Source of the DNA: Psilocybe cubensis
Taxonomy: Eukaryota
Reading direction: 5' to 3'
Assembly: GCA_017499595.2 (NCBI GenBank)
Contig: CM039003.1
Location: 3,162,001-3,226,000, forward strand
DNA length: 64,000 bases
The first letter of the stretch is position 1. The number at the start of each line of letters is the position of its first letter. This document shows, in pieces, positions 24,614 to 38,975 of the stretch. The translations under genes and the position numbers were made by a program. Under the pieces are notes generated by a model that was not told the DNA's origin, searched no databases, and saw only the letters and a list, made by a program, of their open reading frames with translations.

Positions 24614-25577
24614 ATGACTGAGGTTGCAATTCATCCCAGAGTTGCCTTACTTCGTGGATATCCCAAGTGAGTCTTTAGAATCCTTGTCATTGTTCATTAA
24701 CTTAACTAATTTAATACTAGGCAAAGGAAAGGGTCGAGCCAACAGCCCTATTCTGCCGGACTGTCCAAGCATATCGACTCTGTCAAACTCAACCGGAAAG
24801 TTCCAAACGTTGTTACTGAATGGGCACAGACCCCTCGACTTTACAAACCGGCTAAACAGGAGAAAGAATATGACTTTACTCCTCCTTTTCGGTGAGTATT
24901 TTGCACATAAACAGGACAGATATTGAAGGCTATTCATATGTTTCGATAGTCGGAATATTACAGATTTTCAGGACCTGGATATTTCTACTTACCCATCACC
25001 TTATGATATCGAAGACACGGAACCTTCCGTCTTAGATCATGGAGCTAGTGATACGCCGGCAAACGAGGACGATACTCCTGCAGATTCAAAGACCGAAAAT
25101 TACCTTCGATCTCCATCATTCATGCGTTCTCCAGAGGCATGCCAGTCATACGACAGAAAGTCAGTACCAACACGCCCGAACCCTGCTCCCGTCTTGACAA
25201 GGTTTCTAAGCGAGTTCATCAACCTTTGCACTGGCCATGACACCTCCAGTGAATACCCTCGTGGTCACCAATATGCCGACAGAAGTCAGGATAATGCACC
25301 AGTAACGCGACCTTCGTCGAGACTCGGATTCAATAGGGAGCAATCAAGCGCGCTTGACTGCCTGCAGCACATTGCAGCCAAGATTGACGAAGAAAAACGA
25401 AGGGCAATTTTGGGGAAGAGCCACCGTTATAGACGAGAGGCGCTTGTATACGGCGAAGACGACGAACAAGATATCACTGACTTAGGACTAACCTACTCCG
25501 ACGAGGACGAAGAAGAGGACGTCAGACTGCTGTTTGCAAAAACAATTAACAGTCTCGACTCTGGTAATTTTATATAA
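24614..25577 (+). CDS. Hypothetical protein with an acidic C-terminus (exons 24614-24666, 24721-24891, 24950-25577)
   Basis: Two GTGAGT..AG introns, both phase 2, join MTEVAIHPRVALLRGYP through EWAQTPRLYKP into the ORF ending at 25577 without stops. Confidence 0.7.
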
Positions 25578-26921
25578 CGATGAAATAGTTTTTTAGTAGC
25601 GAGAGATTCACAACGTCTGCAAAATCCAGAGTGTTCTGTAATCTTACAAAAGCTATCGATGTGTCCAAATAGTCCCAGTGTTTATGTAACAGTGGATGAT
25701 CTGAATAATTGAATAGTGAATTACACTCCCTCACCCGGGACCACATACGATACTATCCAAGTGTGCCTCTTTGATGTAGAAATCCCATGCCACTGACAAG
25801 ATTCATTGTCATCATCACAAACTTTCAACGAAGGTCGATACTTCAGGATACTTCGGCGTCAGTAGTAACCAGAGTAGAGGATTGTTTGTGCCATTCTGTG
25901 GCACTTTGTCCTACAGACCATGAAGAGATTCTGTGGTGGCACACGATCTTACGGAAAGGATGGTCCATATCCATTGTCACCCATTAAGCGAGATACGTGA
26001 TGGCTTTCGTTTTTTACCAGTCGATCATAATACAGGGACGGCAATGGCCCCAAAGGCCTTTTTGGGTTAACGAGCATGAACGATATAAAAGTTTTCGTTT
26101 CGACGAGATGAATGCACTCTTTCATTCCTTTTGATAACACCGCTACCACACTCATACGTACAAAGAACCCTCTCAATAAAGATCGCAAATGTTTAATGTC
26201 AGCGACTCCGATGCCACAAAGCAAGTTGTAATATCCGGATATCGTACATGAAATTTCTAACCCTATTGACAGTTCGTCAGTTATATCTCAAAGCTCTCAC
26301 ACCGAGTTCAACGACGAGACAGTCGTATATCCACGCGTAGCTTCTGGATTACAGGGGTCGAATTTTGATGCCAGAGGCCGCTCGAATTATCCCCAAAGTT
26401 TTTCATCTGGCCAAAGCGACGGGTCGTCTCAACGGAAAAAGCTGTCACTCAATCACCAGCCCACTGTACAGCCTGTATCAAATACATGCGTCCTATGCTA
26501 TAACTATACCGAGTGCCAAAACAGATACGACTGCAAGATGTATCGTGACGCGGAGGAGGCACGTCTGAAAAGAATGCAGGTTCTACACGACATTGATTCT
26601 TTGCGGAGAAAGTTACGAGAGTGAGCGCAATTGAACGATACATTCTGACCTACCGAATAATTGTACAGTATTCTATGGAAACCATTGTTAGTAAAGCGTC
26701 TATCAGTTACTAGGTACCTATACCGTTAGTGTTAATGAAGGCTGGGCCACTTTCTGTTGAATGAATTCATTATGCTATAGTCTCCTTTGTCGAGTTCTAG
26801 TTTGACCCCTTACACTACAATGACAGAACTGGCCCTTGTGTACGAGTGGCCGGCCTGCTGCTGTATATTAAGATGCCTCGGAAAATCTGCCCCACACTGT
26901 TGTACTCTTTCTCAACTTATC

Positions 26922-27399
26922 ATGTCGCCCTCTGTACCAAGTAATGATCACTCCAATAGCAACCCGGTGGTGGAGACAGCTCATGGAGCATCCGTGTATG
27001 TGGTTTCATTTTACATATACCCAAATTCAGGTTGATGATTTTGTCTCAAGTTATCCTGAAGGAACATACGTAGCCCCGTATGTAAATACATCTAACTACG
27101 CCACCCTTGCCCATTTCCGCCCACATCATCACAACGATTTCGGTACCACAAGCGACAATGTTCAGTGGATTAGATGCAAGCTTTCCGGGTGCAATCAAGT
27201 GTTGGGAATACGAGAATCCGAGTTCCGCGCTCATCTTCGCGAATCACACAAGGATATTGATCTCAAGACAGTCAAAGTCAGTCACATTCGCTGCACTTGG
27301 AATCAATGTGGTGCCATGATCAAACCGAAGGACCTTGTTGTACATATACGAGGATACCACTTAGCTGTTGTCCCAAAGCCTCTTCCAGGATTCTTTTAG
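26922..27399 (+). CDS. Small protein with two divergent C2H2-like zinc fingers (probable intron 26996-27050)
   Basis: Fingers CKLSGC-x13-HLRESH and CTWNQC-x11-HIRGYH. The GTATGT..CAAG intron restores the frame. TATA-like TATATTAA at about 26864. Confidence 0.7.
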
Positions 27400-27582
27400 A
27401 ACATCGTCTAGGATGGGCGCTTTTTTGACAATGTGTTTGTAGTAATATAAAAAACTGTTCATTAAAAGCTTTACAATATCTACGAGTCGATGTTTGTTCA
27501 TTTCCTCATGTCCTTTGGAGACAGTGAAAATTGTCAACCACTGGCAGTCCTGGCCGTTGACAATATTAATATGTCCCAGATC

Positions 27583-28017
27583 TCAGCCAGTGGAGTAACT
27601 CGGGAAGTATGCCAACCTAGGTGACATAGGGGGAGGCTCTCTGAACTGACTCTGACTGGAGTGGAGAGTGTTCACGTTTGAAAGTGATGGGGGTTTAGCG
27701 CCACTAGGGCCCTTTGGCTTGGAAAGCTTCTTGGTTCTCGGCTCAAAAAGCTTAATTAATGACAGCATCGTCTTAAACTCATCTGGGGAAAGCCCTGTAG
27801 GACCATTTCGTCTGTAAAGATCAGTCAATAGAGCTGAAATGGTTGTGAAATTGGGTTCATAGGTCGTATAGTATGCTGATGAATCATCGGAAAGTCCAGC
27901 TGTTTCCTTTCTCTGCTCAAAACAGGATTTTAGCACAGCTCTGCACCAATGGGGGACTTTATTTACCTTTTCTGAAGATGAAGTTGGCACATGGTAGTGG
28001 GTTTGCGAATACGCCAT
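27583..28017 (-). CDS. Hypothetical 144-aa protein
   Basis: Single ATG-initiated ORF with TATAAAAG about 45 bp upstream on the minus strand; no recognisable domain. Confidence 0.55.
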   Translation of the reverse strand: MAYSQTHYHVPTSSSEKVNKVPHWCRAVLKSCFEQRKETAGLSDDSSAYYTTYEPNFTTISALLTDLYRRNGPTGLSPDEFKTMLSLIKLFEPRTKKLSKPKGPSGAKPPSLSNVNTLHSSQSQFREPPPMSPRLAYFPSYSTG

Positions 28018-30077
28018 ATTCGAGTGGTTGAATGAAAAACTTCTGTGTTAACCATTGGTCCTTTTATACCCATACGATACTATACGATGGTTGGTATGCA
28101 GTGGAAATAAAATATACAAGGCCCGTGAACAATTAAACCGCCAGCTGCCTAGCAACAAACAAAGGGCCACTCACCAATGTTCAGTTTCACGACGAACTTA
28201 CGAAGCTTCACGGATCACGTGAACCGACTGTACAGTTTCCCGGCTAATGCCGAACAGTGAATTTGAGCTTAATTATGAGGAAAATCCGTTTTTCAGTACA
28301 TGCATATAGGATGACATTGTACTGTAACTAATGTGTATGGAAATCTCATAACTGTCGTTGTTCCTTCTACTTATGAATATGTGAATGAGCACGAACCACT
28401 CGGGCATCACTTCGGCGCAAAAACATGACTCCTAGCGGAGCACTACTACGTAAAAGGGACGTCACTGGATAAAGGTCACCGCTTTTAAATCAATTCGCGC
28501 ATATTTGGTCGAAATTTAAAGTTGATATCCAATGAATACTGAGTATTTCAAGCAATAAAGCATGTACCATGAAGCTGAAGCTTGAAGCATGGAACTGAAG
28601 TTTGAAGCACAAAGCTAACGCTTGAATTCAAGCATGAAATAGCATCAAGATCATTTACTCAAGATCAATTTAACAACCATTTAGGGTACTGGCAATCAAC
28701 CATACATAGTCCGGGCGCTTATGTCTTCGAAACATACGCATGTAGCATTCCACCTGGGCCGCCTCAGTCGTGACGTCTTGATTGTTTTTAATCTTTCATT
28801 ATTAAATAGCGACCTTGGACACTACGACTGTTTCAGGTGAGAGATACCGCAATTATCTTATATATGCTAAATCACCATCGGCGTTCAATATTCCAAGCTA
28901 CCGTCTTTTTCTCCCCGAAGACTCCCCGGTATAGTAAAACATTGTGATCTTTATCTATACGCCGACTGCACCAGGTCAAGGGGGTACGGGCGTTGCTATG
29001 AATCTGATTTTATCTTTATTTCTTGAGCAGAGTCTTTGTGCGGTGGCTTCGACAAGTTGAACGTTAGCCCACAAGTGAAAGCTGGAATTTTGAAAATTGA
29101 TGACAGTCAAAACGATGCGTCAAGCCCAGCGCCTACGGTTTAAATGGAAGTTGTTACATATTTCTTCTTCTTTCTTCTCAATATTTTGTACGGAATGTTG
29201 CCGGAATGTCCAGAATTGTAAGGACGGAAGGTTCCCTAGACAGATTAGATTTCCGTTGACTGAACTTGTCCTTGATTAACAGATATCTTTGGCCTGTCTG
29301 AATCACTTCGACATCAAGAATGAGCTATGATAAAAGTCTAGTTACTCGGTGTTGTATATTTTGGGTTATCTGAATCGGCTACATCCACCGGTACAATCCT
29401 CGCTCCCGATTGAAAGCCACAACTCCGCATTTTGACACCATGTCGAGTGAACTCACATTCAGATATGGGCTCATTGTATCCGACGGTCTCCGGCCAGATG
29501 TCGATTGAGTCTCCCCATTGTGTGTCACCAGAATTCGTAGTTTGGGACGAAATGTAGTCATTTTGACCAAGAAAATGACTTATTTTGGGCATTTGACATT
29601 AGATGCTCTGAACTTGCTCAAAACATCTCAGGCTTCTCAAGTTCTGACCACTGCGCTGACCAAGAAGAGGAGTTAAGCGACTATATTGCAGGTGGTACGA
29701 TACTTGCTAATCTTAACGAGACCGGCTCTGCAACTCGACAATCGACAATCGGTTGCTCGCGTACCTCTGCGGCAACAAAGCCCCAGATTGATGTAATGCT
29801 CGGAGACAAACATCATGGCCTCATAGGCCTCAGCCAATGATAAGGCATGTTGAGCGTGAGAATAGAACAAGCCGAGTGCGGGCTCAGTGACCCTGAGGTC
29901 CAAATTTTTGTGTCGTTCTTCTTCCCGAGGCATCCTCTAGCCTGCATGCCTTCTTTAGAATGGATTGGTCACTTGGTATCCCATCATTCTCATGACACTG
30001 AACCTTCTTAAATCAAGCATGAGCCGTGGCCGATCGACATTTGAACCCACCCCTTCCCCCAATATCGATACCATACC

Positions 30078-32011
30078 ATGGAGAGCGCTAACGCCCCTTC
30101 CCCACTACTGCTACTTGCTCCAGAATTGATATTAGCCATTGGAGACGAGGTGAACTCAATAATCGCTCGGATCTATACCTTGATCTATCTGACGATGCTC
30201 ACAGTTGAATCTCGCCGCCGCCAAACAACTGCGTTTAGCATGCAAATCCCTCGCCGACGTCCTGGGCCATACTGTTCTTCGCAGTCTTACGCTCAACGTA
30301 TCAAGACCCACACTCGAACGGGATATCTCGACTCTTGAAGGATTGGCGTCTTCTGCCAAAGCACATTCTGCGTGTCACGCCACCAAGGAGCTTCGCATTC
30401 GGTCTTTGTCCCCCACGTACGATCCAGCTTTTCAACAGCCTGTGTGGAGACATGAGGGGGGGAAATGGGTGGAAATTCAGCCCACATACGACCCCGCTGT
30501 AAAGGCCACCGCGGAGAAAACCCTGCAGCGTTGTTTGTTTGATGCGATCGCGTCGCTGAAGGAACTTCGACGTGTTGAGTGCGTGCTTTCTACGTTATCT
30601 GTATTGCCATGCTCAAAAGTATTCTGATTGGAACGGTGTTTAAAGGTGGACCCCATTCCCCCAAGACAACGAGCGGACGCATCGGATCGTCATCAATGCT
30701 CTGCAGTCACTGCCCAGCCTATCCCAGATATGGGTTTCCGTACCGCATTTGCGTGTCCCAATGGGGCTCACCCTTGCACTGTCCTCCATGCCTCACCTGC
30801 GCGAAATCTCCACTGAGGGTTCAGCAATCGAGGACGTCCATGAGAGTTTGGCATTAGCGCTCGCGAAGAACCAATCCATTACATCGATCAGCATTTCGGA
30901 CACCTGGCGATATGGCAGGGCGCAACCGCGGGTGGCCAGGAGCTTCCATCAATTGTTCAAATATTATCCCGCGGACGCACCCCCTCTCAGGCTTCGGGAT
31001 CTTGGACTTTCCATGTGTTTAGTGAAGTTCGACGCCGACGTATTGTGTCATCTGAAGCATCTTACATCGTTGCGCCTCACTGATATCGAAGATCCCTATG
31101 CCATTCCCCCAACACCCCACCTTCAAGGAAACCCTGTGACCCCTGTTGAGGATGAAGATTTGTTTGCGGTGATGCAGCAACGATTAAAGGTTGGCTCCGC
31201 CATTGACGAGATCTGGAGAGCTCTGCGAAATGCAGATATACGTCTGGAGTCAATTGTGGTCGACAGGGTCCCTTTAACTCTCTTGCAATATCTACAGTCG
31301 TACTCTGGCTTAAAAAAGTTAACTTTAACTCCTGGCGGGTACGAGGAGGGTGCTATGTCGATGTCCGATGTTGTCGCCGCACAATTTTTCGGCGAGCCTG
31401 GTGTTACCGAAGATGAAGAAGCAAGTCCTGGTCCTTTGAGTGGGCACGTACAAACCCTGGAAGATCTCCATATCGCGGCGATGCATGAAGGCGGCTGGTG
31501 CTTCGGCGCACATAACGTGAAAACGATTGCGAAATGCGGGAAACTAAGGAAGTTGAGGATTGCTGTGATCTCTGCAGATCTCACTCGTGGACCTGGATTT
31601 ATTCAAGAACCCGAGCCACGTTCGTCCGTCGAAGATTCCATCGTGAGTGCTATTTATCTGGTTCAATTCATTTTCCATCAACTAATATTAAATCGCGATC
31701 TTTTATAGAAACTTCTTCTTGACACCGTTTCGGCCAATCTGCCCTATCTGCAGGACGTCCACATCGATGGCACCTATCCATCTCCATCATCTCAAATGCC
31801 CGAACATAGTACGCGCACAGGAAATCCTCTGCGCGTACACAGGAATCGGGTAATCAAGAAAATGAGCAGGAGTATCGCTGAGTACCATGCATCGGAACAA
31901 ATGAAACTGCCTCGTAGCGTCGTAGGTGGTTTCGAGGGTCATAAAGTGGACTACGTTCCAATGATCATGGAGGAGTCCGGGAGTAGGTCATGGAGATATG
32001 TTGAGAGTTGA
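30078..32011 (+). CDS. F-box-like / RNI-like leucine-rich repeat protein; about 4 exons
   Basis: N-terminal LLLLAPELILAIGDE...AKQLRLACKSL resembles an F-box. Repeated LxxLxL segments (LRDLGL, LTSLRL, LKKLTL, LEDLHI, LRKLRI). Consecutive ORFs are separated by short GT-AG introns. Confidence 0.75.
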
Positions 32012-32294
32012 GACGCCTGCGATGTTATAATTCGGTGTGTTTTGGTCATTTTAAAACACGTAATTGGGCGCTGATATCAGGTGGAATTTTCATTTACACT
32101 TGCGTCAGGTCAATAAAAAGTATATTATGTATCGATCATGGACATGTTGTATAATAGTGAGGTGTGTACAAAGCTTACATTTGTTGTGCTGCGCATCCCG
32201 TCCTGCGTGAGCGTCTCTGTTCAACCAATCGGACCCACTTGCTTTCGTTGAGAGCTTCAGGCTTCAAATTCAACCACAGGCAATTCATTCCCCC

Positions 32295-33791
32295 TTATTT
32301 CGCCACTTCTTCGCAATGGACATGATTTTCCTGATCCTCATGGATCGTGTTCAAATGGTGTAATAACGACGACATTGGTATATCAACGCTTAATCCTCTC
32401 TTTATGGCCGCATAGACACTCCCCGCTTTCTCGAGCGCACATGGACGACACGCAATAGGCCTTTCATCATCCCCAATCTCAATCCCATGACACTCAAATA
32501 GATGCACGCCAATATAGTCTTCACGCAGTCGTAACACAATCTCGATATGCTTTTCGACATCTAAGCATGATTTGGTGTCAGAATCCCGTTTGATGGGCTT
32601 CTTAGACAATTTGCTGTCTTGCGCAGGCCAATCTGTGTTGTAGATCGTTCTGCCAATCCCAGCTTTCGGCAAGTCGATCTGGGTAAAAGTCCTGATGGTA
32701 TTCTTAGAGCACGCTGTGTTGCTTTCTGGCTTCTCCGAATTCGAACCATTCTTGACGTTCTCAGGTTCGAGATCTACGAAATGGATAGAGAAGCACTCAT
32801 ACCCGTACATCTTCATTGTACATTCTGGATCCCATACACAGCTCCGCGCTTTGTTGTACTTGGCTATGAGGCGCTTCAACTTGGTCAATAGATCTGGATA
32901 CTTCGAGGTAGCCTGCTCCTCTGTTCTAGATGATCCTAATCGGTGTATGAGATCTGGACCGTAAGGGGCGGGGTGCGGGGGAGGGGCAGAAACAGGAAGA
33001 AGAGCCAGTTGCGACGCAGACACAACCGAGAACTGTGCTTCGTGTGGACTGTGTACACTTCCTTGGATTGTCGAGCGTGGATAGGTTGAAGTCAATTCGC
33101 TTGGCACCTGCGAAGCGGTTGTAGGTGCAGGTTGAATTTGAAGTGGTTGCTGTGAAAGCGGATATACGCTGAATTGAGACTGGTTTGAAGGTGGATTCTG
33201 AGGTGGATAGAAATATCGGGGGTGTGGATTATTTTGTAATTGGGGTGGTGGTAAAATGGGGAGTTTTTTGAAGGAGTTCGAACGCGCTTGGTAATAGGCA
33301 AATCGAAGGGGTGGAGGTATCTGGGGATGCATTGGATAACGAGGAGGGGTGTAATATGGAGGTTGAAGAGGAGGTAGAAATATATAGTCGGGTCGATCCA
33401 TTTTGTAATGGATATTGTGGAGGCGCGCTGAGTGTTGGTGGGGTAGTGTTGTGGAAAATTGTGGCCTCGGTTGATAGTTGGGTGGCCTTGGTACCTTGAA
33501 AGCGCATACGTCTTTGCTTTCGGATCTAGGTGCTTGATTCGCCTTAATAACTACGCCGACTTTGTCTGAGCTCAGTGGCATTTGACAAGTGTTCGGCTCA
33601 AACTTTATCTCACTGACGGATGGCTGGTCCACCCCTGCCTCCTGTGTGGAATTAGGACATTTCGGCACTATCTGCAGAGCTGCGTTTTTAACTTCAAGAT
33701 CATCATCGTCATAAAGTAAACGTCTCCGATTTCCTGAATTTCGCTTTTCTGTGCCATGATTTTTGCCTACTCCTCTTGCGATGCGACGCAT
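32295..33791 (-). CDS. Pro/Gln-rich protein with a C-terminal degenerate zinc-finger-like region
   Basis: 498-aa single ORF; CVWDPEC...HLFECH and CRPC...HLNTIH patterns with long inserts. Confidence 0.7.
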   Translation of the reverse strand: MRRIARGVGKNHGTEKRNSGNRRRLLYDDDDLEVKNAALQIVPKCPNSTQEAGVDQPSVSEIKFEPNTCQMPLSSDKVGVVIKANQAPRSESKDVCAFKVPRPPNYQPRPQFSTTLPHQHSARLHNIHYKMDRPDYIFLPPLQPPYYTPPRYPMHPQIPPPLRFAYYQARSNSFKKLPILPPPQLQNNPHPRYFYPPQNPPSNQSQFSVYPLSQQPLQIQPAPTTASQVPSELTSTYPRSTIQGSVHSPHEAQFSVVSASQLALLPVSAPPPHPAPYGPDLIHRLGSSRTEEQATSKYPDLLTKLKRLIAKYNKARSCVWDPECTMKMYGYECFSIHFVDLEPENVKNGSNSEKPESNTACSKNTIRTFTQIDLPKAGIGRTIYNTDWPAQDSKLSKKPIKRDSDTKSCLDVEKHIEIVLRLREDYIGVHLFECHGIEIGDDERPIACRPCALEKAGSVYAAIKRGLSVDIPMSSLLHHLNTIHEDQENHVHCEEVAK

Positions 33792-35861
33792 TTTCTTGGG
33801 AGGGCTGGTAGCGAACCGACCAGAAGTTGATAAAAATAGGTATGCATGGATGTGGGATGGTGTGTGTATATGTGTGAGGCGTGTGTGATATGATACAGGT
33901 ATGTCAATTCTGGCGTACGTCCCAAGGGGAGAACAAAGGAAATATCACGCACGGTCTATCTTTTGGTCGTACTGAATGACGGTTTGGATAACTTTCAGAC
34001 GTTACAGGGACGCGGAATCCTACAAAAGGTACTCGATAGTTTTCAGCTTCGCTGATTGCAGAAGTCAGTACAACGTAATCAAATAAATACACAAGAGCTT
34101 GACATACAGTGGTGGACTGGTCTTTCTTTTTCCATGAGGGTCATATGTAGCCTCGGTATGCATATTTCCGTCATGGAACCGCAATATATTCATTATGTTG
34201 CCTTGATGGGAGACAACAGAAGTGTCAGAGGAAAGTAAGCTCGACTGAGAGGCCATAACTGGGATTTTATTTTTCCAGAAGCGTGTGGGTGGTCTGTGAA
34301 AGGGAACGAGGATATTCAGCCCATTTCCCTGCCTATCTATAGTCTTCGATATGTACATATCGGGAAAGAAGCCAAGTGGCACACTACATTAAAGACGTTT
34401 GTGTGTGTACACCGAATTTGACTCATATAGGCACTTGCCTTCTTTGTACCAAACTTGCACACGAGGCCACGCTGCATCAAACAATGATGGGGAAACACAC
34501 TGTAATAGTCCCACAGACACATGCCAGAATCGTCACTGAATTATGGAACAAATTTCTTTTTGAGAGGTAACTGGATGACGTAGAGACTCTTTAATCTCAG
34601 CATATTTGTGCCCTGATTCTAATCTAAGCCTATTAGCACAGCTGGGCTTGCAGATCAAACGAAAAAAAGAGGTCATTCTCATACTACATCAGGAACTACC
34701 GGGAATACAATGGTCATCAAGGACACGAGTGGCCTTGCACGAAATCCATCAGGCACTACACTACGGAACCATCACCAAAAGCATCTGTTTCGAACCACGA
34801 ATCGTTTGGTTTAATATTGCACCATGCCTACCACCTCGTGGAAGCCTGCCACCCAGTAAGACGTGTATGGATACCCTCTGTTTTAGGAAAAAAGTTCGCA
34901 TTTTGCCATTGGCGGAAGCATTCGAAGTGACTCGGCTATAATTTGACAGAAATCATCGCATTTGAACACATACAACATTGCACACTGGAAGCCAGGTGTA
35001 TTTTTTAAATGTGAAAAGTATCATGGAAGAGGTTGGTGCGTAATTTTCTACTTAGTTTTTGCATGTGTGCCTTTGTCCGTGTCTGAATCCTTTCCAAGAC
35101 GTAATTTTTGTACAGAATCAGCAATCTGTTGGATCTCTGAGATCAGTCGCATGTTCTGTGTACTGCTCTCTTCGGCCGCCATTTCCATGTCATACTGGGC
35201 AGCAAAATGCTGCGGAGTAAGGACAGGGGCAAACTGAATCCTGTGTAGTTAAGGAGGTCAGTATACCTTATTTAGACGCGGATAAAGAAATAGCTCTTGC
35301 CTAACATATGTCTTTTGTGTGTGATTGTCGCGGTACATTGAAAGCCGACTTACGATGTAGAATAAGAAGATAGAATCAAAGCCTATCGTATTTCTCAAGT
35401 CAGCGATCTGATCCTCCAACTTCATTGAGAAAAAAATTACACTCACACTGAAAAACCCTTATTCAGGTCACTACTTGCAGGTTGAGATTGTTACGCCGTT
35501 TCAAACCCCTTTTTATACCACTGTGTTACGACACCTGAATTAAAATGGTATTTTTAGAGTACCTGACTTGACATTGTAGACCGCTATACGATTCCACTGG
35601 CCCACTTTACTTAGACGCGCTTTGACTGAGGCCCAACAACCACATTATTACGTAGCCATCGAACGCCAGGGTTTTGAAGCTTTGACCTGACCCATTTATC
35701 CAGATGCCATTCGTTTCTGATGAGAGCTTATGATGTGATATCGGTTTAAAAGTATGTCAAAAATGCGTCATTTCAATGTGTTTGTGGGTCATCAAGAAGT
35801 TTATATGGTAAATTATATGAATCGGATTTTCTATGGGATCATATACACTGCAAGTTGTACT

Positions 35862-36518
35862 TCAACAATGCTTGGATAATATGTGAATTACCATGGCTCG
35901 TTTGGTTCCTAAGAAGAGATCGTCACAATCCGTCCACTGACAATGAATCTCTTCACCACTCCATTCGTAATCAGGAAAATGGTCAATTAGCCTGTGGGTA
36001 CCTTTTCTCAGAGGCGCTCCACACTCTTCCCATTGGCAGAAATCGGGACCAGGCATTCTGTACGGCCCTTCACGAGTGCGCAAGGCGACTGAAGCTTGCC
36101 TCGCCCTTCTGGTAGAATTTCTTTCCTTTTTGTATGATGTAACTAGAGGAACTGTCACATCTCTGTCTTCTGTAGTGGACAATGAGAGAGACTCGAGGGA
36201 CGGTACACCATCGACTTCCATTTCAGAATCTCGACGATCATCACGGAGGTCGTTCAAAGACAGGCCAGACAGCATCGATATAAAATGCTTATCTTCAGAT
36301 GTTTCCATGCCAAGCCTCTGTCGAGAACGGGCAGTGGCAGCAGCATCGAAGAGTCTAGCCTTTCCCCAGTCAGACGCTCTTTTTGCTAAATTGACTTGCT
36401 TGACGGAACGAATGGAACCTTCGGGAGAATTCAAGCATGCCACGGTGTCTTCGTCTGTGAAACATTGAGGGACCATTGAGTATTGAATTTTGGGACGATG
36501 CTTGTAGTATTCGCTCAT
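35862..36518 (-). CDS. Protein with two C-terminal CQWxxC zinc-finger-like motifs
   Basis: CQWEECGAPLRKGTHRLIDH and CQWTDCDDLFLGTKRAMVIHILSKH. Start is uncertain: ATG 36518 chosen, but the frame is open to 36698. Confidence 0.7.
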   Translation of the reverse strand: MSEYYKHRPKIQYSMVPQCFTDEDTVACLNSPEGSIRSVKQVNLAKRASDWGKARLFDAAATARSRQRLGMETSEDKHFISMLSGLSLNDLRDDRRDSEMEVDGVPSLESLSLSTTEDRDVTVPLVTSYKKERNSTRRARQASVALRTREGPYRMPGPDFCQWEECGAPLRKGTHRLIDHFPDYEWSGEEIHCQWTDCDDLFLGTKRAMVIHILSKHC

Positions 36519-37051
36519 AGCAGCAAAGGACTTTCGCCTGTAATGGCGCCCTGACTGTGATCTAATTGCATGCGGTGAGCCTTTTGTCAAACATATGATA
36601 CTGCAAGGAAGTACGCACCCAGGTCTCGGTGGATGACCATCAATGTTAGAATCTTTAGGCATCGCTGGACCGGCTCCGACCCGTTCGTATACCTTCACAG
36701 ATTCAAGTAAACTTTATGGTGGCCCTTTTATGCAATTCTGGCCAGCGAAGACCAACGGTCCATGATCACAAAAATGGAAATATTCTCACTGGCCAAATTT
36801 TTCAATGCGGAAATCGCTTAGCTAGGACCAGCCTGCAATGCGCGTTCATTTTCGAGTCAGACGTTTCCAAGTAACGTGAAGTGGCGCGCAATAAGCTAGT
36901 TTGTGTGGCTCAAATGACTTGGAATACGATTTGTTGAGCAATGTTGTCACAAGGTATTTCAGTTCAGACGTTACACAATCATCATATACATACAGAAACG
37001 AAGCGAAGCAAATTGAGAAACTAAGATGGCCAGAAAAATCAATATGAGCAT

Positions 37052-38975
<1,924 letters not shown>

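Noticed and set aside
25700-26643. Possible minus-strand gene
   Set aside because: ORF fragments could not be joined through plausible splice sites; may be a pseudogene.
28560-28640. Degenerate TGAAGC repeats
   Set aside because: Short and irregular, with no termini or TSD.
34200-35430. Possible spliced minus-strand gene starting MKLEDQIADLRNTIG
   Set aside because: The first exons can be joined, but all downstream frames hit stops; no supportable model.
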